Source of the DNA: Diplonema japonicum
Lineage: Eukaryota; Protista; Euglenozoa: Diplonemea
Assembly (NCBI GenBank): GCA_964019335.1
Contig: OZ025733.1
Location: 124,001-188,000, forward strand
Direction of reading: 5' to 3'
DNA: 64,000 nucleotides
Shown: positions 1 through 10,751 of the stretch, piece by piece
How positions within the stretch are numbered: position 1 is the stretch's first letter
Layout: every line of letters begins with the position of its first letter
Notes under the pieces: model-generated
Databases searched by the model: none
The model's input: only the letters and a program-made list of their open reading frames with translations
What the model was told of the DNA's origin: nothing
Made by a program: the position numbers and the translations under genes

Positions 1-5
1 AAGAA

Positions 6-1115
6 ATGTCGATGAAGCACATAGGCACGCTACTTTTGGTGATAACACAAACCCACGCATGCAGTTACTTTGCAGTGGAATCCCCAGAGGGGGAGGTGTT
101 GGGAAGGACGATGGAGACCGCCGGCACACAAAGTCCACCCTGCAAACAAGACCCCCCGATAGCCTGGAACCTGGTTAAGGTTCAGAAAGGGCTGACGATC
201 CAGCCATACTGCACGGGTCTGCCCCTCCCATCTTGGGTCACAAGGTACGGGTACGTGGGGATCGGCGCGCCACCCGAAGTGAGAAAAGTCTACGATGGCA
301 TCAACACCGAAGGCCTTTCAGTCCAGACACAGACTTTAAACACAGCACACTACCCAACTTCACAGGCGAACGGGAAAATAAACATCTGCTTTTTCGATTT
401 CGCACAGTGGGCACTGTCATCATTCGGTACCGTCGGGGAGCTGAAAGCAGCACTTCAAAACACCAGCATTGTTGCTGATAAATATCCTTTAGAAGGGGGT
501 GCTGTTCACTGGCAGGTGACGGACGCAGCGAAGAACTCAATCGTGGTGGAGGTGGTTGACGAGAAGATCGCCATCCACAACAACACAGTAAAGGTAATGA
601 CCAACGACCCTCCCTTCAAATGGCAGCTTTGGAACCTCAACAACTACATGCGGTTCAACACACAGTGGTCCTATGATTCTGGGATCTCTGTTCAGACGGA
701 GTTGGGACAGATGCCCTTTGAGATCTCCCACGGTACCAACACTGTCGGCCTCCCTGGTGACTACACCCCTCCTGGTAGGTTCGTTAGATTGTTTTTTTTC
801 AAACAGTTTGCGCAGATCAACACCCCTCCTACTTCTACTGCCGATGCCATTACGCTTGCTACTGCGCTTATCAATGATGTGCACATTCCGAAGGGTGTTG
901 TGGCGCACAATAGCCAAGCGGGTGATGTTTGTTACGATTTCACGCAGTGGGCGAGCTTGAAGACACCTTCTGTCCCAACGTTTTACTACAGGACGTATGA
1001 CAACATGCAGTGGAAAAAGATCGTTCTCTCGGAGCTCGATTTCACTACTAGCAAGGAGACACCCGTCTTCACCTCCTCGGATGGTATTGTGGACGCGAGT
1101 GGCTCTTTGAACTGA
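6..1115 (+). CDS. Secreted choloylglycine hydrolase / penicillin V acylase family Ntn-hydrolase, copy 1
   Basis: Signal peptide directly followed by the N-terminal nucleophile Cys (A|CSYF). Family motifs GRTME, DGINTEGL, VMTNDP, GLPGDYTPPGRFVR, DFTQW, YYRTYDN. Confidence 0.9.
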   Translation: MSMKHIGTLLLVITQTHACSYFAVESPEGEVLGRTMETAGTQSPPCKQDPPIAWNLVKVQKGLTIQPYCTGLPLPSWVTRYGYVGIGAPPEVRKVYDGINTEGLSVQTQTLNTAHYPTSQANGKINICFFDFAQWALSSFGTVGELKAALQNTSIVADKYPLEGGAVHWQVTDAAKNSIVVEVVDEKIAIHNNTVKVMTNDPPFKWQLWNLNNYMRFNTQWSYDSGISVQTELGQMPFEISHGTNTVGLPGDYTPPGRFVRLFFFKQFAQINTPPTSTADAITLATALINDVHIPKGVVAHNSQAGDVCYDFTQWASLKTPSVPTFYYRTYDNMQWKKIVLSELDFTTSKETPVFTSSDGIVDASGSLN

Positions 1116-1313
1116 TTTCTTTTTTTTTTTCTTCTTTTTTTGTAATGTGGATTGCACGTCCCATCCGGGTTCCTCCTTCCCCCTGACTGTCTCTCTGGTT
1201 TTTTTAAGGGGAGGGGAGAAAAAAAAAAAAGAAACGAGAGAGAAAATTATATGGGGGGAGAGAAAGGGGAGGGGGCGGGGAGAAAAAAAAAAAAAACCAT
1301 CAGTTTTTTTTTT

Positions 1314-1374
1314 CCCCGTGTAATCAAGGACAGTGCTTGTGCAGAGCGCCACCAACATTGGCCTCCTTTAGCTC
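1314..1374 (+). mobile_element. 5'-truncated copy (3' end, tail A) of the ribozyme-headed retroelement
   Basis: cccgtgtaatcaaggacagtgcttgtgcagagcgccaccaacattggcctcctttagctc matches 29900-29961. T tracts on both sides. Confidence 0.75.
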
Positions 1375-1627
1375 TTTTTTCTCTTTTTTCCCCCTTCTCT
1401 TTTCTTAAAAAGGCGATCCTTGTCACACTTCCCTTTTCAAACACGTATTTTCTTTTATTATATTTTTTTTTCTTTGTTTTTTTTTTTACAAAGTACTTTG
1501 ATCTCCTTAAAAAAGAAAAGGAAGAAAATAAAATGGCCTTTTTTTTTTTTAAAAAAAAAAATCCATTCAATCCTTCCTGATCACTTCAACCCCCCCCACT
1601 CCACGCAGCAAAAAAAGAAATAAAAAA

Positions 1628-2731
1628 ATGCCATGGACGAGGCTGATGTGCGGGGTAGTCCTTGCAATCTCTACGGAAGGGTGCAGCTATTTTGCGATAG
1701 GCTCGCCAGAGGGGGAGGTTCTTGGCAGGACACTGGAAACAGCGGGGAACCCACCTGCTGAAGTGAACAGCCCACGCCCGTGGGGGCTGGTGAAGAGGAA
1801 ACACGATGAGGTGTACCAGCCCGCCTGCACCGACCTAAATCTCGACACATGGAAGGCCTCCCTCGGCTTCGTGGGCATCGGCCTATACCCCCTACCAGGG
1901 AAGGTACTGGACGGTATCAACACGGCAGGCCTGGCCGTTCAGGCACATACCTTAAACTCAGCGCAATACCCTACCAAAACATCCCCTGGGAAACACAATG
2001 TGTGTTATGTCGATGTTCCACAATGGCTCTTGTCGTCCTTCCGCACTGTCTGGGAGGTGAAGGCTGCACTGCAAAACACCAGCATTGTGTCTGGCTCAGT
2101 CTCGCCAACAGGCGGGATGTTACACTGGCAGGTGACGGACGCAGCGAAGAACTCAATCGTGGTGGAGGTGGTTGACGAGAAGATCGCCATCCACAACAAC
2201 ACAGTAAAGGTAATGACCAACGACCCTCCCTTCAAATGGCAGCTTTGGAACCTCAACAACTACATGCGGTTCAACACACAGTGGTCCTATGATTCTGGGA
2301 TCTCTGTTCAGACGGAGTTGGGACAGATGCCCTTTGAGATCTCCCACGGTACCAACACTGTCGGCCTCCCTGGTGACTACACCCCTCCTGGTAGGTTCGT
2401 TAGATTGTTTTTTTTCAAACAGTTTGCGCAGATCAACACCCCTCCTACTTCTACTGCCGATGCCATTACGCTTGCTACTGCGCTTATCAATGATGTGCAC
2501 ATTCCGAAGGGTGTTGTGGCGCACAATGAACCGAAAGGCGATCTTGCCAGTGACTACACGCAGTGGGCGAGCTTGAAGACACCTTCTGTCCCAACGTTTT
2601 ACTACAGGACGTATGACAACATGCAGTGGAAAAAGATCGTTCTCTCGGAGCTCGATTTCACCACTAGCAAGGAGACGGAGCTCTTCACCTCCTCGGATGG
2701 TATTGTGGACGCGAGTGGCTCTTTGAACTGA
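1628..2731 (+). CDS. Secreted choloylglycine hydrolase / penicillin V acylase family Ntn-hydrolase, copy 2
   Basis: Same motifs (G|CSYF, GRTLE, DGINTAGL, MTNDP, GLPGDYTP). The C-terminal half is nearly identical in DNA to copy 1. Confidence 0.9.
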   Translation: MPWTRLMCGVVLAISTEGCSYFAIGSPEGEVLGRTLETAGNPPAEVNSPRPWGLVKRKHDEVYQPACTDLNLDTWKASLGFVGIGLYPLPGKVLDGINTAGLAVQAHTLNSAQYPTKTSPGKHNVCYVDVPQWLLSSFRTVWEVKAALQNTSIVSGSVSPTGGMLHWQVTDAAKNSIVVEVVDEKIAIHNNTVKVMTNDPPFKWQLWNLNNYMRFNTQWSYDSGISVQTELGQMPFEISHGTNTVGLPGDYTPPGRFVRLFFFKQFAQINTPPTSTADAITLATALINDVHIPKGVVAHNEPKGDLASDYTQWASLKTPSVPTFYYRTYDNMQWKKIVLSELDFTTSKETELFTSSDGIVDASGSLN

Positions 2732-2806
2732 TTTCTTTTTTTTTTTTTTTTTTCTTCTCTCCCGTGATTTGGAAGGACGCTGTCTTTGTCTCATATCGTT
2801 CAATGG

Positions 2807-2851
<45 letters not shown>

Positions 2852-3086
2852 CTTCTATTTCCCCATATCCTTCATTGCCTTCTTGTATGTCTACTTCTTC
2901 ATCGTCTTAGAAAGCTTAACAACGTTTTTTTCTTCTTCTTCTTCTTTTTTGCTTAGTCGTGTGCATGTAAATGTTGTCTCTGCGGTTTCTATTTTTTTTT
3001 TTTTTTGTGTTTTATTAGGTCTTCTCTTTCTTCACACAGGGGATGATTTCATTCTTTCTTGGTGGAGTGCCCCCGAATTTTTTTTT

Positions 3087-3236
3087 TCTCGAAAACGCTC
3101 AAAGTCCCCTTAGTTTTCAAAATGTTCAAAGCACCCCCCCCCCCCCCCCCCCCCCCCCCCTGCCGGCCACATTGGAGGACGGGTCAGTAACTTTTCTCAT
3201 GATGACTTTTAGCATCTCAAACTAAGGGGTTGATTT
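3087..3236. repeat. Degenerate relative of the ~30-bp-unit foldback/MITE at 8617-8840
   Basis: Shares units such as ccccttagttttcaaaatgttcaaagcacccc and tctcaaactaaggggt. Confidence 0.5.
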
Positions 3237-3383
3237 AAAAAAAAAAAACTTTTTTTTATATGCTTTTGGGCCAAAAAAAGACAAAAAAAAAAAAAAAAAA
3301 GGAAAGCCTGGGAGGGAGGGGAGAGAAAAGTGGAGGGAGGGGAGGGCGGGTGGTTAAGCGGAAAAAAAAAAACAAAAAAAAAA

Positions 3384-4148
3384 ATGACTGAGTCAAAAGA
3401 AACGGAAGCACCAACACAGGCGGCATCGCCGGAGCAGAAGCAACAAGGGAAGCAAACCCAGCTGTTTGGGTGGATGGGCAGCACCATGTCGCAAGCTCTG
3501 AACGCGGTAGGCGGTGCGTTGGGTGACCTCGTGGATGATGTAGAAGACACGCTGGATGAGGTTATGGGGACGAAAGCAGAGACGCCAAAGAAACCTCCAA
3601 CACCAACACCAACACCCACACCCACACCGAAAAAGGACGAAAAAGGAGAAACGACCCCATCACCACTAAAACGATTGCTGCAGAGCAGCCCTGTTGCACT
3701 GTTCAAGACCCCCGATAAGCCCACCGTGGACGAAGCAGCAGTACTCGTCTCATCCTGGGAGGCCCCAGATCTAACACGACCTGATGGCACCTTCGACACC
3801 TTCTATATTCTAATGGAAACAGAAATCGCGGTTGATGGTGAAATATCGCTGGAAACCTTGAAGCAAATGGGTACCTTATGCGCTTTCGACATTGTCCGGT
3901 CTTCCACACAGGAAGATGCGGTTAGTATATTCAACAAGTTTATCGAGAAGTTGATTGCAATCGAGAGGCTGGCCGTGGTGACGCTTTCCTCTCCTCAGCA
4001 TTCTCCGGGGGAGAAGGTGGAGAAGGAAGAAGAGGACGGAGAGGCCCCACGGAGTCCCAAGTACGACGCGGTCACTCCTTTGACACAGCACACTGATGTT
4101 TTAAAAAGGGCGATGGCGGAGTTGCTGGACAAACAATTGCAGAAGTGA
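3384..4148 (+). CDS. Hypothetical protein with PT-repeat linker
   Basis: 254-aa ORF from the ATG after a poly(A) run. Normal coding composition, no recognisable domain. Confidence 0.75.
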   Translation: MTESKETEAPTQAASPEQKQQGKQTQLFGWMGSTMSQALNAVGGALGDLVDDVEDTLDEVMGTKAETPKKPPTPTPTPTPTPKKDEKGETTPSPLKRLLQSSPVALFKTPDKPTVDEAAVLVSSWEAPDLTRPDGTFDTFYILMETEIAVDGEISLETLKQMGTLCAFDIVRSSTQEDAVSIFNKFIEKLIAIERLAVVTLSSPQHSPGEKVEKEEEDGEAPRSPKYDAVTPLTQHTDVLKRAMAELLDKQLQK

Positions 4149-4185
4149 TTTTTTTTTTTTTTTTTCTTTTTTTTTTTAGGTAGAT

Positions 4186-4227
<42 letters not shown>

Positions 4228-4612
4228 GTACCAATCTCTGACCCAAAAAAAACTTTTTTTTCTTTCTTCTTTTTTATAATACCCGCCGAGACCCGGGTTT
4301 TAGAGATATGCAGCGTTATTTTTTTTATTTTTTATTTTCTTTCTTACGAATTTCTTTCTTCTTTCATAAAAAAAAAGGGGTCCTCCCCTCCCTCTCCTCA
4401 TAGCGAATCCCCCCTCCTTTCTTTTTTCATCAGAACAACTTTTTTTGTTATCTTTTTTTCTTATCCCCCCTCCCCGCTTGTCTTATAAAAAAAAACCCTG
4501 TCGTATTTTTTTTTTTCCCCACCCCTCCCCCTATTCTATTCTCATATTTTCTTTACGCAAGAAAAAAAAAAAATCGAGGGAAAAAAAAAAAAAAAAAAAA
4601 AATGCTCGAAAA

Positions 4613-6934
4613 ATGATGAAGCTTTGCCACTTAATTGTGTGGCTCGCATGTATAGGTCAGGTTTGCGATGGAAAGCCGGCCTTGTTGTACACATTTGAAC
4701 AGGGAGGCACGTCTGAGGGGAGGGAAAAGAACGATTTGGTACTGACCGGTGAGTGCGAGTCGCTGGGTGTATCGGGATCGTGCAACCCCGCCGAGAAAAT
4801 CGGCGACGGGGAGATGGAAACTACGGATGGAAGGGGGCTCCCTGCGGGCAACGAACGGTTCTCGCTCGGAATGTGGGTCAACATTGATACCTTTGGCAAC
4901 GAGTCAAAACCCCTCGCAACCCTCGGACCAATCGGCCCGAGCCAGCTCATAATCGGTGTCCACGACAATGGAGCACTCTACATCAACACGACAACTGAAA
5001 CGCTAACAACATCTATTCTACAAAATGCAACATGGTACTTTTTCGTGGCAAAGTACGACGGGCCGCCTTTGGACACGCTTACAATATACCAGGACTACAC
5101 GGATGTTTACTCCGCTGCTGTTCCCTTGAACTTTCCTGCTTTTAACAGTTTGAGTTTTCTGAAAGGCGGCGGTGCCGGGTGGGTCATATCAATGGACACA
5201 ATATCTCTTGAACCGCATCTCGAAGTCCCTCCGCAAGATGTGGCAACATGCTCCTTTGATACTTTCACGGAGACGGCAACTATAACTGAACCGATTACAA
5301 GAACGAAAACGTTTTCTGAATCATCGACAGTTACTTTATCGATTCCAACACCTACAGAAACATTGAACACAATGACACGGACGGGAACGGGAACAACAAC
5401 GAACTCCCATACGTTTTCCATGTCAGAAACAGCCACGTTGAACACGACGCCTACGGTGACGGTTACAAGGACAGAAACAGATTCGTTGTTGCCGCATGTT
5501 TCGTTTATTCTTGAGTACTCCGCGGCTCCTTTTCTCGTAGATGTCCTTGCGTTGATAGGGTTCGTAATTGCAATCGTAGCTGGGACAAGCGTCACACCAT
5601 GGCTTTTCGGGAAATTTTTGTTGATTACTGTGTCGTGTTCGGAAGATCTGCAGTCCCTCCCGTTTTTTTTGAACCCATTCGGGGTTAAGATACACGATTC
5701 AGATTTGATCGGGACGTTGACATGCTTGTTTGGGGTGTTGTTTGCCGTCAGCTTGCTGTCGTTCTCAGCCTCGTCGTGTTTTCTTTTACGAACGAATTTT
5801 GGGTCGAATTTGCTTCGCCGACAAGTTACCGGGATCTTCCCATCTCAGCTCATCACCGTTTATATATGGATCTACCCATCATGCGCGACTGTGTTTTTCA
5901 GAATACTGGCTGGATCGACGGATGCGTGGATGGTCGTTGCGGGGTTGGGGGGTATGTTTTTGTCGATTTACCCGCCGATTTCATGTGTTTTGCGTGTTCG
6001 AGAAAATCTGGCGTTGAAAAAAATGAGGTATCGTGTAGTGGCACCGCCTCGGGAAGGTGTTTACGTGTCGCTTCACGGGCAAGGGGAATGGGTCAGCATG
6101 GCGGAAGACGACGAAAAATGGCACGGTGCGCATCGGTACCATCCGTTAGTCCGCGCGTTCACCCCGAACAAGGCAGGGCTTGCGATCGGATTTGAATTCT
6201 TCACATTGTTCGTCTTATCTGCTGTCGTCTCTTTGCGATATTATGACTCGGCTCATTGTGCTTACATTAAGTACGGTTCTGCTGGTGTGCTTGCACTGTC
6301 TGCCTTGTTCATTTTTTTGGCGAAACCGTTTTGCAGGGTGAAAGACTGGGCTTTTTCGTCGGGTATGTTGCTAATGGGTTCGGTGTCGTGCGTCTTAATG
6401 GCGTTGGATGAAACGATGACTGCTGGGAGATGGGTTGTTACAAGCTGTTTGATAATCATTGTTTTATGGGGACTGGTCGATGTTGGGTGTTACATCGCAT
6501 TGATTTTTGACGGGAGCCGATCGTCGTTACAAGAACTGGAATGGGAGCCTTCTGAACAACCGGAAAATGTTTTGTATTCCTCTCGATCGGAGGGTGACGG
6601 GACCGGAGACAGGAGCCAATCGTCGCTTTCTTTTCCCATGCTTCCGATTAAAACCGGATCGGAGCCTTCTCCGGTGCTGCCTGTCACTACTCAGTCCTTG
6701 AATTTGTATGGTGGGCAGACAAGTTTCTTGGGAATTGCTAGGAAGAACACTTCGATGTCAAGGACTACTAGTAATTTGGAGTCGTTGGCACCTAGTTCGC
6801 CTTACAGAATGGGATGTGGTGTGTCCACGAATTCGTTTATGTTTCCTACGCCGAGGGCCACGCTTCCGAGGGTTGCGAGCAATTCTATATTTATGAACGG
6901 GACGATGAAGACGCATAGGAGCGATCTACTGTGA
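4613..6934 (+). CDS. Cell-surface protein: signal peptide, LamG/ConA-like beta-sandwich, Thr-rich stalk, multi-pass TM C-terminal region
   Basis: Signal MMKLCHLIVWLACIG. FSLGMWVN...WYFFVAKYDG...LTIYQD is a LamG-like pattern. T-x-T-x-T stalk, then about 9-10 hydrophobic segments and a Ser-rich tail. Confidence 0.8.
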   Translation: MMKLCHLIVWLACIGQVCDGKPALLYTFEQGGTSEGREKNDLVLTGECESLGVSGSCNPAEKIGDGEMETTDGRGLPAGNERFSLGMWVNIDTFGNESKPLATLGPIGPSQLIIGVHDNGALYINTTTETLTTSILQNATWYFFVAKYDGPPLDTLTIYQDYTDVYSAAVPLNFPAFNSLSFLKGGGAGWVISMDTISLEPHLEVPPQDVATCSFDTFTETATITEPITRTKTFSESSTVTLSIPTPTETLNTMTRTGTGTTTNSHTFSMSETATLNTTPTVTVTRTETDSLLPHVSFILEYSAAPFLVDVLALIGFVIAIVAGTSVTPWLFGKFLLITVSCSEDLQSLPFFLNPFGVKIHDSDLIGTLTCLFGVLFAVSLLSFSASSCFLLRTNFGSNLLRRQVTGIFPSQLITVYIWIYPSCATVFFRILAGSTDAWMVVAGLGGMFLSIYPPISCVLRVRENLALKKMRYRVVAPPREGVYVSLHGQGEWVSMAEDDEKWHGAHRYHPLVRAFTPNKAGLAIGFEFFTLFVLSAVVSLRYYDSAHCAYIKYGSAGVLALSALFIFLAKPFCRVKDWAFSSGMLLMGSVSCVLMALDETMTAGRWVVTSCLIIIVLWGLVDVGCYIALIFDGSRSSLQELEWEPSEQPENVLYSSRSEGDGTGDRSQSSLSFPMLPIKTGSEPSPVLPVTTQSLNLYGGQTSFLGIARKNTSMSRTTSNLESLAPSSPYRMGCGVSTNSFMFPTPRATLPRVASNSIFMNGTMKTHRSDLL

Positions 6935-7059
6935 AGAAAAAAGAGAAAAAAAAAAAAAAAAAAGAACGAAAAACGTTTCATAAAGAAAAAAAAAAAAAGT
7001 TTTTTTTTATTTTTGTTTTGGTTTGATTTTCCCCCATCTTCCCACACCCAGCTAAATCT

Positions 7060-7108
<49 letters not shown>

Positions 7109-7200
7109 TAAGAAATAAAACGGAAGGAGAGGAAAGGGGCTTTCCTTTCTGAAGAAAAAAAAAAAGTCGATCACGTCTTTTTTTTTCTTTTTTTTTTTGG

Positions 7201-7237
7201 CGGGCCGTTGCTAACCACTTCGTTCCTATCATAGTGA
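7201..7237 (+). repeat. Orphan 3'-tail module C (second copy at 11343-11386)
   Basis: ccgttgctaaccacttcgtt(t)ccta.ca.agtga followed by a T tract in both copies. Confidence 0.7.
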
Positions 7238-7329
7238 TTTTTTTTTTTATCGTACGGGGTCTTTCCCCCCCTATTTTTTTTCTTTTTTTTTTCCCCTATC
7301 TACGATATCGGAACATTTTTTTTACGCCT

Positions 7330-7551
7330 CATATTCTCTAAAACCCTGTTTAGCAGCTCCCTTTTGTGTCGGGAGGACACATGCTTTTTTGAACTACGGC
7401 TGCAGTGAACTCTTTTCTTTTTCTTCTTTTTTGCGCATTTCCGGAAGGGATGGAATTCTTCACGATTGTACGCTGGAGTCTTTGGAAAGATTTTCCCGCA
7501 GCGAAAATCCTTTCCAAAATCCCACCTGGAGAAACAGGTTTTAGAGATATG
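7330..7551. mobile_element. MITE-like element with ~21-bp imperfect inverted repeats
   Basis: catattctctaaaaccctgttt ... aaacaggttttagagatatg. The right-end motif recurs near 4295-4310 (gggttttagagatatg). Confidence 0.55.
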
Positions 7552-7552
7552 G

Positions 7553-7592
<40 letters not shown>

Positions 7593-8616
7593 ACACACAC
7601 ACTTTGTTATTGTAATTGTCAAAAGAAAGAGGGGAGAAAAAAAAAAGAAGAAGGGAACAAAAAAAAATTTTTTCTATTTTTATTTTATTATTCTTTTGGA
7701 AAGTCGCACGACTAGCTGGTGGGTGCGAAAACGTATAAAAAATATTTTTGTCTTGTTTGGGCAGGGGGGGGGGGGGGGCGGTACAAAAAAAATCTCTTTC
7801 TCTTGACAAGAAAGAAGAACACTCCCCCCCCCCCCCCCCCCCATTCCTTTTTGGAGAAATAATACTCATAAGATTCAAAAAAGGGGGTCGTTTCTTAAAG
7901 GTTTTTTGTTCTTAACCCTCGTGTTGTGATAATTTTTTTTTACCTTTGGCAAAAAAAAAAAAAGGTCCCTGAGAAATCTTTTTCTCTACCCCCTACACAG
8001 ACACGTACAAAGCTTGGGCAACCAGGTAAAGCAATTCAAAACACTTCCATCTCACCTGGCAAGTCGAAACGGATGTGGAATTTGGCAGCAGGATGGTTCT
8101 CTCTCCCCCCCGCCCTCCCTCTCTTACTTTGTGTGACATATTTTTTTTTAAATAATAACTCCAAATGACCACAGGTTGGTTTACGTTGCCCACTTTTTCA
8201 AAAAAAAAAAAAGAGAAAAAAAAGAAGGGGAGGAAAAAAAGAGAAAAAGCCCTTTTCTCCTTCCCTTGCTCCTTTCCCTTATGTTTTTTTCTTTTTTTTT
8301 TAAGTACCACTTCTTTCTCTTTTTTGACTTTCAGGTAGGGGAAGGTTTTTTTTTTTTTTTTTTCTTCAAATGACCATCCACTTGTTTCTTGTACTAGGAG
8401 AAAAAGAATGTTACAAATAATCTCTTTGGAAAGGCTCGTGCGTGGAACTACCGTGAACAGGCACTGTAGTCGTGGGGGGGGGGGGGGGGGTTAAAGGGAC
8501 AAAAAAGTGACCTTAAAGTACAACTTTGCAACTCCCTGCCTATCTGAGCGAAACTCGTGTGTTTACCCTCCCAAAGGGGGGGGGGGGGGGGTGCAAGGGA
8601 GCAAAAAAAAAAAAAA

Positions 8617-8840
8617 GGGTAGAGTCCTAACTTGACCCCTAAGTTTCCAAAATGCTCAAAGTCCACCCCCAGGTTGGGCATTCTGAAAACTTAGGGGGGC
8701 CAGATTGGGCATTTTCGAAACCTAGGGGGCCCAGGTTGTGTATTTCCGAAACTAAGGGGTCCGGATTTGAACATTTTGAAAACCAAGGGGGTGGCTTTTG
8801 GACATTTCTCAAACTTAGGGGTCAAGTTAGCAGTTTTCTC
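8617..8840. mobile_element. Foldback/MITE-like element with terminal inverted repeats and internal ~30-bp tandem units
   Basis: ctaacttgacccctaagttt ... aaacttaggggtcaagttag inverted ends, about 5 internal units (att(t)..gaaa.c.agggg), A tracts on both flanks. Confidence 0.7.
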
Positions 8841-8843
8841 AAG

Positions 8844-8885
<42 letters not shown>

Positions 8886-9137
8886 CAGCCGGAAAATACA
8901 TACTTATGTGTTTTGTTGTCTAAATTTAGAACTTTAATCTTTAAAAAAAAAAATAGAATAGACACGGTGTGGTGTGGCTGGACAATTAATGTTTTGGTGG
9001 GAGGAAATAAAAATCACCACCAATGACAGGTAAGAAAAAAAAAAAAGAAAAAAAAAAGAACTATCCCCTCTCTTTTTCATTTTGAAACAAAAAGCGTGAA
9101 TTTGTCTGAAACTTTCTCCTCCTTTTCTTTTTTTTCT

Positions 9138-9656
9138 GAGGTGGTACTACAACAATGGTTTGAGGCAACAGTACCTCCCACGGCTCATCCCGCACGTCAT
9201 CCGATGGCTCTCTGCCCTTCATTGGGGCACGACAGGTGGACAGGTCTCCAGGCTTGAGCTGGCCATAGACTTCATTGCCACGGTGGGACTCTCGCCTTAG
9301 GCCGGGTGATAACGGCACTAGAACGCATCCACACCAGTAAGGGCATAGCGCCCCTCATTCCAGCTGCGTCAGTAGTTACTGTCCACTCCCTACGCACGTT
9401 GGGTTACTACAACAGCTCCGTAAGGGGGCTACTCCTCTAGACCGGTATTCGCCCCCCCGGTGACCCACCACATCCTTGAGAGACAACTGTACAACTATTG
9501 TGTTCTTACCAACTCGGTTGAGGGTTTTATACCTAAGGTACCGAGGAGGGTGAACGAGGGGCCGAAGGCCACACCACAGCAGAAAGGTTCGATCAAGAGA
9601 TAGATTGAGACTCTTCAGGCGTCCTGCCACATACCGCAGGTACCCTTAAATGTCTC
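9138..9656 (+). pseudogene. Degenerate 3' fragment of a non-LTR retrotransposon (C-terminal ORF remnant plus 3' UTR, tail D)
   Basis: Translates as QYLPRLIPHVIRWLSALHWGTTGGQVSRLELAIDFIATVG, then a stop and frameshift, then ...HSLRTLGYYNSSVRGL. This resembles C-termini of protist RT polyproteins (recognised from memory, not searched). The last 40 nt recur at 11976-12016 before a T tract. Confidence 0.55.
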
Positions 9657-10040
9657 TTTTTTTTTTTTTTTTTCCTTCTTTCCTTCTCTCTCTCTCTCAC
9701 TCTTTGCTTCTAAACTTTTCTCCCCGTTTTGCTTTTTTTTTTTCTTCTTCTTATTCTTTTATATATAGTTCAATTGGTCCTCACTTTGTTTTTTTTTTTT
9801 TGTTTTTTTTTTTCAAATAAAGAAAAATATCTTTTTTTTTTCCCCCTTCTGGGTGTTCTTTCCCAAGATACTTTGTTTCAGTTACCACCACAGTGGTGAA
9901 AAGGGTAAAACCTTGCCCTGCCCGCACACGACTAGGGGCACCACCAACAATTGGGAACTGAGATAAATTTAATCGATGGATCTTTTTTTTTTTGGGGGGT
10001 GGGTAAAGTACTTATTTGACCCCAACTTTTCTAAGAGTTA

Positions 10041-10072
<32 letters not shown>

Positions 10073-10111
10073 CACAGTGAGCACCCCCATGCACACTGAA
10101 ATTTTATCGAG
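10073..10111 (+). repeat. Orphan 3'-tail module E (also ~22062-22096 and ~60392-60428)
   Basis: tgagca...tgcacactgaa.....ttatcga occurs three times, embedded in T-rich tracts. Confidence 0.7.
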
Positions 10112-10215
10112 TTTTTTTTTTTTTTTTTTTTTTGTAACGGTGACTACCCTACAAGATTGACCCTAACTTTTTCGATTTTTTGAAGAAGCCACCGCTCGTT
10201 TTGTAGGGTGGGTAC

Positions 10216-10361
10216 AAGTAATAGCTATTTACTGCCAACAAGTAATGACTTTACCGTTACCTCGAGGTTCCGCATTTTACCGTCGAGGGCCCGCAGGGCC
10301 CGAGATGCGGAACCGAGAGGTCGGTAAAGCATTACTTGGCGGTAGGTAAGTGGTTTTATTT
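10216..10361. mobile_element. Palindromic (hairpin) element, copy 1
   Basis: Arms caagtaatgactttaccg..acctcg.ggttccgcat / atgcggaaccgagaggtcggtaaagcattacttg around a cgagggcccgcagggcccgag centre. Related element at 38801-38933. Confidence 0.7.
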
Positions 10362-10751
10362 CACGACACGTTCGCAAAATACCACCGTTTCGCGTTAAAT
10401 AATGAGGCCCCTAGTGAGTGAAGAAAATGACGAAGAGTGAAATAAAAAAAAAAAAAAAACGGCGGTGTTCTGCCATATATCGTTGTGTTAAGCCGGTACC
10501 ACTTATTTTTTTTTTTCCTCTCCGAACGGGGCTCTTTAAGTTCATTAGTCCTACCCTCCGCACCACCCTTTCTTTCTTCTTTCTTTCTTTCTTTCTTTTC
10601 TTTCTTTTTTTTTTTTTTAAAGTTGTTGTTGTCCCTTCTTTTAACTCTCTCGTTCCCTCTCGGATACTTTGATGTGTCATTTTTTTTTTTTGTTCAAAAG
10701 TGTCTTTTTATTACCGCTCCATGGAGAGTAATATAAAACCACCTTTTTTCA

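Noticed and set aside
8640-8830. ~30-bp periodic repeats as a CRISPR array
   Set aside because: Units are contiguous and degenerate with no unique spacers, there are no cas genes, and the context is eukaryotic.
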